Positions 8,646 to 16,204 of a stretch of DNA of 50,911 nucleotides are shown piece after piece. Each line of letters starts with the position of its first letter. The stretch's first letter is position 1. The position numbers were made by a program, and so were the translations under genes. The notes below the pieces were generated by a model. That model had not been told where the DNA came from and did no database searches. It saw nothing but the letters and a program-made list of their open reading frames with translations. Source of the DNA: Calditrichia bacterium (lineage in GTDB: Bacteria > Calditrichota > Calditrichia > RBG-13-44-9 > J075); the NCBI GenBank assembly GCA_050633245.1, contig JBOEGD010000041.1, positions 1 to 50,911 on the forward strand, written 5' to 3'.

Positions 8646-10262
8646 TTAACGCATTAATACCATTTTGCGCGACTGGGATTGCAACTTTGTTCTTAACCGA
8701 TAGAAATAAATACCGCTGGGCAAATTCTGCTCATTAAAGTCTATTTGATACGAACCAGGCGAGACCACGTCATCAAGCAGTGTCGCAACTTTTTTTCCCA
8801 TGACATCAAACACAATTAGACTTACGTGCTGACGTTTTTCTATTCTAAATGGAATTGCAGTCGTCGGGTTAAATGGATTTGGGTAATTCTGGTTTAGCGT
8901 AAATTCACTCAAAGACAATCCTGATTGGTCGCGAATTCCCGTAATAACCTGACGGTTCTTTATAATTTCAGCGGCATTTCTTGCAACAGCACGCAACTCG
9001 GTTATTGCCTCTGCGGCAGAGGTTTGTCCCTGACCTACGGAATAGGCCATGATAATGTCCTGCGTTTCGCCAGCTGCGATACGAAAAGGTCCGGTGTTGA
9101 TCAAAAAACGTCGATCCTGAGGCATTATATCAATCCAGCCAATGTCCGTTACCGGATCTCCGCTATAGGTAAAACGAGGATCATCCTGCAGTGTTCCACC
9201 AACTCCAAAGGTAGTTGGATCGATGGGTAAACCACTTGGTAGAAATCCGCCACGCTGATACAAACGTGCAACTGTGGTGTCGGTAGGTTGGTTCAGCGGG
9301 CCTGAAGACTTATTTATTGGCGTATAGGAAATCATACCCAGCCGCTTACGATCAAAAAGCGTATCAGGGGCGAAGAAATCTCCGCGATAAGTAAATGCCG
9401 TATCTCCGGGTGAGTTAACTGCGGGGCCCTGCACAACACCAATTCCGAAAGCAGGTGGATTGATGCCATAATCAAAGTCTTCACCATCGTTATACATGTA
9501 GCTTAAGTTTAATGAGGTATCACATGCAACCAGATCATCTTGAAAATCTCCGATATCAGCATCGGCAAAGATTGAAAAATAGGCGTCTTCAATATCAGTA
9601 TTACTTTTATTTGTCATACGGTAGCGAAAGTATACAATTTGCAAGTCTCGCTGTGTTAGCGCGTATGCCCAAACGGATTGATGAATCTCGACCTCAAGCG
9701 GATCGGTCTTAAACCATCGCGGGCGCTGTGTGGTGTCTACTACATCGTTATATGCACACCAAAACGTCTTATCTCCAAGTAAATCGGGCTGGTCAACAAA
9801 TGGATCATAAAGACCATTATTATCCAGATCGCGAAAGTATGCCCCCTGAGCTACCGCGTCAGCCCACTCTATATAGGCAGGACTACCAAAGGTATCCGAT
9901 CTCGCAACCTTATAGAACTTCACTTCGGGGTCATCAGGGTTCGTACCCAGATTGCCAGCTTCCCATTCTCTTGCAAAGATATTACCAGAGGTCCACGAGG
10001 CGCGCATTCCGCCATCGACTCGGCCACTAAGAGCAATTCCCGTCTCAAACAGGAAACTGTGATTAGAACCCGTCGGCCAACGAGCACTGCCATTATCCCC
10101 CGTTCTCGCATCATTGTGCAAGGGCAAATCAATGAGGTTAATGTCAATCCTTACCGTTTCTAACGGCAGCTTTTCAGCTCTGGCATTCTTTTTCCAGTCC
10201 GCTGCAAAGCTAAAAGCACCGAATAAGAATAGCAGAACACTTAAGGTATAAACTAGTTTCAT
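8646..10262 (-). CDS. secreted protein of unknown function with T9SS type-A-like CTD; paralog of the N-terminal domain of 33362-36514
   Basis: Signal peptide; WADAVAQGA, GDKTFW..YND, NPPAFG, NTGPF shared with the 33362-36514 product; LNQNYPNPFNP...SGIYFYRL...KMVLMR. Confidence 0.85.
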   Translation of the reverse strand: MKLVYTLSVLLFLFGAFSFAADWKKNARAEKLPLETVRIDINLIDLPLHNDARTGDNGSARWPTGSNHSFLFETGIALSGRVDGGMRASWTSGNIFAREWEAGNLGTNPDDPEVKFYKVARSDTFGSPAYIEWADAVAQGAYFRDLDNNGLYDPFVDQPDLLGDKTFWCAYNDVVDTTQRPRWFKTDPLEVEIHQSVWAYALTQRDLQIVYFRYRMTNKSNTDIEDAYFSIFADADIGDFQDDLVACDTSLNLSYMYNDGEDFDYGINPPAFGIGVVQGPAVNSPGDTAFTYRGDFFAPDTLFDRKRLGMISYTPINKSSGPLNQPTDTTVARLYQRGGFLPSGLPIDPTTFGVGGTLQDDPRFTYSGDPVTDIGWIDIMPQDRRFLINTGPFRIAAGETQDIIMAYSVGQGQTSAAEAITELRAVARNAAEIIKNRQVITGIRDQSGLSLSEFTLNQNYPNPFNPTTAIPFRIEKRQHVSLIVFDVMGKKVATLLDDVVSPGSYQIDFNEQNLPSGIYFYRLRTKLQSQSRKMVLMR

Positions 10263-10407
10263 AACGCCTCCAACGTCTCTTATTACAAGATACAGGTGAT
10301 TTCGCTCTTAGCAATAAAAACTTATGCTTCCAAGAACATCGCGCACCCCTTGCCCCATGCGCTTCAAAGGCTTACTTTATACACATTATCATTTATCAGG
10401 AGAAATT

Positions 10408-11655
10408 ATGAATATCTATGGGCTGATTGTTCTTATCACCCTGCTTTTTGGCTATTTGGTAGACTTCATTACCGAGATACTAAACCTGCGTGCTCTAAAA
10501 GACGAGCTTCCGAAAGAGTTTAGTGATGTATACGATGCCGATAAATATCGCAAGTCTCAACAGTACACCCGAACCCGAACACGCTTCGGATTTCTGACGT
10601 CTACATTTTCGCTGCTTCTTACGCTGGGCTTTTGGTTTAGCGGCGGCTTTAATATACTCGATATCTGGATTCGGGACCTGGGTTATGGAGAGATTGTTAC
10701 CGGTTTACTATACATGGGCGTCTTGTTAATTGCCCGAAGCGCTATAACTCTACCATTCAGTATCTATTCTACCTTTGTTATTGAGGAGCGATTCGGCTTC
10801 AATAAAACTACACCTGCCACGTTTATTGCAGACTTGGTAAAAGGCCTACTGCTCGGCTCTGTTATTGGAGGAATCTTACTAGCAGGGATTCTGGCATTTT
10901 TTCTTTATGCGGGTCCACAAGCCTGGCTTTACTGTTGGATTGCCACCACGCTCTTTACCCTGATTATGCAGTTTATTGCGCCAACCTGGATTATGCCGCT
11001 ATTCAATAAGTTTACACCGCTTGAAGACGGTGAACTACGTAGCCGCATCATGGATTACGCCAAATCAGTAAATTTCCCGCTGCAAAATCTATTTGTGATG
11101 GACGGATCCAAACGATCCAGTAAATCCAACGCTTTTTTTACCGGCTTTGGTAAGAACAAGCGCATCGCCCTGTTCGATACCCTTATTGAGAATCATACTA
11201 TCGGGGAACTCGTAGCCGTGCTTGCGCATGAAATTGGTCATTACAAGAAGAAGCATATCCTTCAGAGTATGGTTATTGGTATTCTGCATATGGGAATAAC
11301 ATTTTATTTACTATCTGTTTTTATGACACATAGCGGACTTTTCGACGCTTTTTATATGGACAATATGAGCGTTTACGCCGGCCTGATATTCTTTGGAATG
11401 CTCTTCGCTCCAATAGAAATGATTTTGTCCATATTTATGCAGCTATTCTCGCGTAAGAATGAATTTGAAGCTGATCGCTATGCCGTTGAAACCACCGAAC
11501 AACCCAATGATATGGTAAATGTGCTAAAGAAGCTGACAGCCGATAACCTTGGTAACCTGACACCGCACCCGCTTTATGTCTTCCTCAACTACTCTCATCC
11601 GCCGACCTTGGAACGTATTCGCGCGATCAGGGAAATACCAGTGATGGGAAAATAA
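10408..11655 (+). CDS. M48 family zinc metalloprotease (Ste24/CAAX-like)
   Basis: Multiple TM segments; DGSKRSSKSNAFFTG, AHEIGH, EFEAD, YSHPP; ATG 10408 with AGGAG. Confidence 0.95.
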   Translation: MNIYGLIVLITLLFGYLVDFITEILNLRALKDELPKEFSDVYDADKYRKSQQYTRTRTRFGFLTSTFSLLLTLGFWFSGGFNILDIWIRDLGYGEIVTGLLYMGVLLIARSAITLPFSIYSTFVIEERFGFNKTTPATFIADLVKGLLLGSVIGGILLAGILAFFLYAGPQAWLYCWIATTLFTLIMQFIAPTWIMPLFNKFTPLEDGELRSRIMDYAKSVNFPLQNLFVMDGSKRSSKSNAFFTGFGKNKRIALFDTLIENHTIGELVAVLAHEIGHYKKKHILQSMVIGILHMGITFYLLSVFMTHSGLFDAFYMDNMSVYAGLIFFGMLFAPIEMILSIFMQLFSRKNEFEADRYAVETTEQPNDMVNVLKKLTADNLGNLTPHPLYVFLNYSHPPTLERIRAIREIPVMGK

Positions 11656-11656
11656 T

Positions 11657-12604
11657 ATGAAAACAGCACCTACTCTCGCCGATATTCGTCGGGCAGCCGA
11701 AAGGATTGCGCCCTACGCCCATCGCACACCGGTTCTGACTTGCGGAGCCATTAACCAGTTAACGGGCGCCGAGTTATACTTTAAGTGTGAGAACTTCCAA
11801 AAAGTTGGCGCCTTTAAGTTTCGCGGCGCTTGCAATACCGTTATGGGTTTAACTGAAGAGGTGGCGGCAAAAGGCGTAGCTACACATTCTTCCGGAAATC
11901 ATGCTCAGGCTTTAGCATTAGCTGCCCGTCTACGCAACATTCCGGCTCATATTGTTATGCCCTCGAATGCACCGGAGGTTAAGAAACGTGCAGTAAAAGA
12001 CTATGGTGCAAATATTACTCTTTGCGAGCCGACCCTTCAGGCACGAGAAACAACACTTAAACAAGTTGTAGATAAAACCAATGCAGAGGTCGTTCATCCC
12101 TACAATGATTATCGCGTTATTTGTGGCCAGGGCACCGCGGCATTGGAGCTTCACAAACAGGTTGGCGACCTCAATATAATTATGGCGCCGGTTGGCGGGG
12201 GGGGACTGCTTAGCGGAACTGCACTGGCAACCCACTACCTACATCCTGAATGTGAGGTTATTGCAGCAGAACCTGCAGGTGCAGATGATGCCTGGCAATC
12301 CTTTAAAGCAGGTAGGCTAATTCCATCTCATAATCCAAATACAATTGCAGATGGCTTGCTCACATCGCTCGGAGATAAAACCTTTCCATTAATCCAACGT
12401 CACGTAAATGACATTCTAACTGTCGATGAAGAAACAATTATCTATGCTATGCGACTGACCTGGGAGCGAATGAAGATTATTATTGAAGCATCATGCGCCG
12501 TTCCACTTGCAGCCATCTTAACGTACCCGGAGCACTTTAAACAGAAACAAGTTGGCATCATATTGACCGGGGGAAACGTAGATCTGGAACAACTTCCCTT
12601 CTAA
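11657..12604 (+). CDS. PLP-dependent serine racemase / threonine-serine dehydratase (no ACT domain)
   Basis: KCENFQKVGAFKFRGA (PLP lysine), HSSGNH, PVGGGGL, TIADGL, TGGNVD; starts 1 nt after the M48 stop. Confidence 0.92.
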   Translation: MKTAPTLADIRRAAERIAPYAHRTPVLTCGAINQLTGAELYFKCENFQKVGAFKFRGACNTVMGLTEEVAAKGVATHSSGNHAQALALAARLRNIPAHIVMPSNAPEVKKRAVKDYGANITLCEPTLQARETTLKQVVDKTNAEVVHPYNDYRVICGQGTAALELHKQVGDLNIIMAPVGGGGLLSGTALATHYLHPECEVIAAEPAGADDAWQSFKAGRLIPSHNPNTIADGLLTSLGDKTFPLIQRHVNDILTVDEETIIYAMRLTWERMKIIIEASCAVPLAAILTYPEHFKQKQVGIILTGGNVDLEQLPF

Positions 12605-12724
12605 AACGCGCAAAATGCCTCAATACCGTCAACCTATGCACCACAGACGTTAGCGAAAACCCCATTACCTGATGTATCTTTATTCAATCATTAAACAAAA
12701 AGAGATTACGTTCAACACAGAATA

Positions 12725-12873
12725 ATTGCTCACCTGTTGCCCGGGATTCCGGTGTTTGCGGTGTGGTGAATTCCGGGCAATCAGAGCAATACAAGTATAA
12801 GGGGGAGGATTTGGGATTTGGCTTGCGACCGGCAGCCTCGCTCGCTGGATCTCACAATCCTCTCTTATTTTTT
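12725..12873 (+). ncRNA. candidate structured RNA (two long hairpins plus U-tract)
   Basis: Hairpin 1 spans 12725-12790 and hairpin 2 spans 12797-12868 with many G-U pairs on the + strand, followed by a T-run; lies in a 590-nt intergenic region. No known family recognised. Confidence 0.4.
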
Positions 12874-13193
12874 CTGCGCGTTACAAAACCCCATAACCGG
12901 CCCTCAGCAAATTTCCGATATGTTTCCTACAATTAATAAACTACCTTACTATTGTAAAGCTTAGCTGTCTAATTCTGCCATACTGTTCCTACTGCATGTA
13001 TAATTAAAAATTGACTTTCGCCGGTAAATATTGTATTTCAATATATAACAACATGTTATATACCTAAAGAGAATCAATCCTTTCTACTCAAATCAGCCGC
13101 GTAGTACGATTTATGGGGCTCGAAGTAATAATAAGATGCTGTACTACAAAGGGAATATTTGGTCATCTTCCCTTTGTTTAAGGGGGATAAATA

Positions 13194-14885
13194 ATGCAAG
13201 TCGCAAATTTTCTTACTTTTGCGCTTTGTTCTGTTAGTGGTGACGTAAGCGTAGAACTACTCAATAAAGTGAGTGATTATTTTTCAAAATCTTACCATAT
13301 TAACCTTACAATTATTGCATTCATTGCAATATCCACCTGCTTAATACTGAGCTTTCGCTCCGATTCTGAAGAGAAAAACACGGAATATAATAACCGAAAG
13401 TCGAAGCGATTAAGGTCATTTGAAACGCAGCTAAAGAAGTTACTTCAAACGGCAGAACACCTCTCCTCCTCTGATCAACTTAAGGCACGAAACCTGCTGT
13501 CCAAATCCATAGAGGCATTAGACGCATTAGAAGAATCCCTGCCGGAAGAAAAATATCAACAATTAGAAGCTGTAGAGATTTTCAGTGAACTTCAGAGTGT
13601 CTACAATACGCTGCTACCTTACGCTGTTAAAAATGACATTGGTTTTATTCTTACAGATGAAAGCAATTCGGTCTATACAATCACGAACAAAAAAACACTA
13701 CAAAGTTTTATGGGAGATTTGATTGGACAGCTCGTCCTAAATCTACCTGCTCACAGCTTAATTCAAGGATCGACCGGAACGGATCCTGATGGAAAACGCC
13801 TTTTCAGGATATTCATAAACTCGACGGAGGAGAGCTATGGGTTTCAGCAGATTAAGAGTGATATTGAATCACTTATGGCGGTTGATGATGAACACCCGAT
13901 AAACTGGCAGCAAAAAGCAGACTTTCACTACATAGAGAACTATATCGGACTTGATGCAGAGTTAAGGCTATTCGAGCACACACAGGATACCTTCTCGCTT
14001 TATCTGCGGTTTGAGCAACCTGCATCACTTCGCAACCTGTCTGTGGATCTCGAAGAAACACTACATAATCTGTCGAACAACGATTGCGTTATCCCGGAAG
14101 ATAAGGAAACATTTATACTGATTGTCGAAGACTATCCTGAGGTTCGACTCTATTTAAAGAGGCTTCTGTCACGATATTTTTCTGTATTAGAGGCAGAGGA
14201 TGGCGTCCAGGCATTAAAAATGGCTCAAAATATGATGCCTGATCTTATACTAAGTGACTTGATGATGCCTAAAATGGATGGGCTTGAGTTTTGTACGCAC
14301 ATAAAGACCAACGAACAAACAAGTCATATACCCGTGGTCTTACTAACTGCTCATCCTTCAGCAGACACAGAAGTGAAAGGCTTACAGATAGGTGCAGATG
14401 ATTATATAGTCAAACCATTCTCTGCACAATCACTACTTGCCAGGATAAGCAACTTAATTAACCAAAGACGGGCGCTGCGACAATTGTTTAGCAAACTACC
14501 TTCCTTAGAGCCATCAAAAATCACCTCTACGTCTACTGACGCAGAGTTTTTAAGAAGGGCCATTGCTTGCGTGGAAGATGCCATGGACGACACAAAGTTT
14601 GACACGTCTATACTCGCGACAAAAATGAATCTTAGTCGAAGTCAGTTAAATCGCAAGCTACAAGCGATTATCGCGAAAACGAGCAGAGAATTTATCAGAA
14701 CCCTGCGTTTAAACAGAGCATGCCAGCTGCTCGAGAAGAAAGTCGGCAATGTTAGCGAGGTTATCTATATGGTTGGCTACAATAACTTGAGTCACTTCGC
14801 AAAAGTCTTCAAACAGCACATCGGTGTTTCTCCATCAGACTACCGCAACGGCATTCGCCCGGATAAGAATCAAACTTCCGAATAG
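13194..14885 (+). CDS. membrane-anchored regulator: degenerate kinase-like region + receiver + AraC HTH
   Basis: TM segment; REC domain (LIVEDY, LSDLMMPKMDG, LLTA, VKPF); AraC tail (SRSQLNRKL, IRTLRL, VSEVIYMVGY..LSHFAKVFK) as in hybrid two-component system C-termini. Confidence 0.85.
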   Translation: MQVANFLTFALCSVSGDVSVELLNKVSDYFSKSYHINLTIIAFIAISTCLILSFRSDSEEKNTEYNNRKSKRLRSFETQLKKLLQTAEHLSSSDQLKARNLLSKSIEALDALEESLPEEKYQQLEAVEIFSELQSVYNTLLPYAVKNDIGFILTDESNSVYTITNKKTLQSFMGDLIGQLVLNLPAHSLIQGSTGTDPDGKRLFRIFINSTEESYGFQQIKSDIESLMAVDDEHPINWQQKADFHYIENYIGLDAELRLFEHTQDTFSLYLRFEQPASLRNLSVDLEETLHNLSNNDCVIPEDKETFILIVEDYPEVRLYLKRLLSRYFSVLEAEDGVQALKMAQNMMPDLILSDLMMPKMDGLEFCTHIKTNEQTSHIPVVLLTAHPSADTEVKGLQIGADDYIVKPFSAQSLLARISNLINQRRALRQLFSKLPSLEPSKITSTSTDAEFLRRAIACVEDAMDDTKFDTSILATKMNLSRSQLNRKLQAIIAKTSREFIRTLRLNRACQLLEKKVGNVSEVIYMVGYNNLSHFAKVFKQHIGVSPSDYRNGIRPDKNQTSE

Positions 14886-14906
14886 CATAACGTCTGAGCT
14901 CTGCCT

Positions 14907-15407
14907 CTAAAGCGCTGCTTCAATAGCCCGGATGAGTTTACTACTTGAAGGCTCAGTCCTGGAACCAAATCGACCACAGACGCTTCCATCCCTGCCAACG
15001 AGAAACTTTGCAAAGTTCCACTTCACATTGCCACCAAAGCCAGGATGGCTGGAATCGTCCGTTAGATAGCTATAGAGCGGATGCTGAGATTTGCCCTTAA
15101 CTGAAATCTTTGAGAACATTGGAAAAGAAACCCCATACTCCAAACTACAGAACTCTTTAATCTGATCGTCTGAACCCGGCTCCTGCCACAGGAAATCATT
15201 CGCCGGAAAACCCAGGATTTCCAAACCCTTGTCGTGATATGTTTCGTACAGGTTTTGTAATCCGGTATATTGTGGGGTAAAACCACATTTACTTGCGACG
15301 TTCACGATAAGTAAAACCTTATTCTTATATTCCTTCAGTGAAACAGGCTCACCATCTATTGAGTTTACTTCAAAGTCATATATTGAGTGTTGCAACGCTG
15401 GCTCCAT
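14907..15407 (-). CDS. glutathione peroxidase family protein (Cys type)
   Basis: NVASKCGFTPQY, LGFPANDF..QEPG, KWNFAKFLV. Confidence 0.95.
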   Translation of the reverse strand: MEPALQHSIYDFEVNSIDGEPVSLKEYKNKVLLIVNVASKCGFTPQYTGLQNLYETYHDKGLEILGFPANDFLWQEPGSDDQIKEFCSLEYGVSFPMFSKISVKGKSQHPLYSYLTDDSSHPGFGGNVKWNFAKFLVGRDGSVCGRFGSRTEPSSSKLIRAIEAAL

Positions 15408-15594
15408 TAGATTAATTTCATCAACATACTAAAATTATATGGAAATTTCATTGGATCATTTTTTAGGCTGACAGCTTTAATATATAGCAGTCGACACGAT
15501 GCATTTGCAAAAGCCTTCTGATTATCAACAAAAACCAAAGGCTTTTTATAAACATCCTCATTTATCCGCGTCAATTATATTGGAGTTAGTCCAC

Positions 15595-16068
15595 ATGCAA
15601 ATAAACTTTAAATATTCAGCAATTTCGTTCGTCCTGTTGTTACTCATTCTGCAAGGTTGTGCCCAACTCGCTCCACCAAGATCGCCGCATCGCCCGGTAT
15701 TGACCCGCATTCAGCTGAATGCTCCCAAAGTTGCAGCTATAGATTCTTTTACTGTAGAACTGGAGGTAAAAAAGGGACGTTACGACGTGTATTTAGTAAC
15801 GGAGACTGTTCGGAAGAGCTACCGCTTAAAGTCTGGTGAGCAGTTAATCGATTTGCTGAGTATTGACGCGCTGCTGGGTGATCCTGATTTAAACAAGCGC
15901 GTGGAGAGCGAATATATTTCTCTCCCTCTGAAGGTCAAACTGATCGATAAAGATAAAACCGTTAATGAGCTTAAAACAGAAATCGACTGCTTTGCCGGGT
16001 ATAATGTTCCGGGCAATTCAGCGGTTCCTCTTAATAATCTGGGCACAATCAAATATTCAAAGAAATAG
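15595..16068 (+). CDS. hypothetical lipoprotein
   Basis: ATG 15595 with GGAG; hydrophobic stretch ending in lipobox LQGC. Confidence 0.65.
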   Translation: MQINFKYSAISFVLLLLILQGCAQLAPPRSPHRPVLTRIQLNAPKVAAIDSFTVELEVKKGRYDVYLVTETVRKSYRLKSGEQLIDLLSIDALLGDPDLNKRVESEYISLPLKVKLIDKDKTVNELKTEIDCFAGYNVPGNSAVPLNNLGTIKYSKK

Positions 16069-16128
16069 AGCGGCAGGAAGAACAGAAAGAAGACTCTGAT
16101 TTGTTGAAGATTTTGAAAGAAGTGCTTA

Positions 16129-16184
16129 AAAGAAGAAATCAGACTGGCAGTAGATTGACTAAGGCAAAGTCTGATTTCTTCTTT
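16129..16184. terminator. 17-bp inverted repeat between convergent genes (possible bidirectional terminator)
   Basis: AAAGAAGAAATCAGACT (16129-16145) / AGTCTGATTTCTTCTTT (16168-16184). Confidence 0.55.
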
Positions 16185-16204
16185 AATGTTCTCGTGCTTT
16201 GCTA

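Noticed and set aside
14907-15451. Selenocysteine or recoding in glutathione peroxidase; 14-codon upstream ORF overlapping its start (TAATG)
   Set aside because: The active site is an ordinary Cys with no in-frame TGA. The upstream mini-ORF has no distinguishing features.
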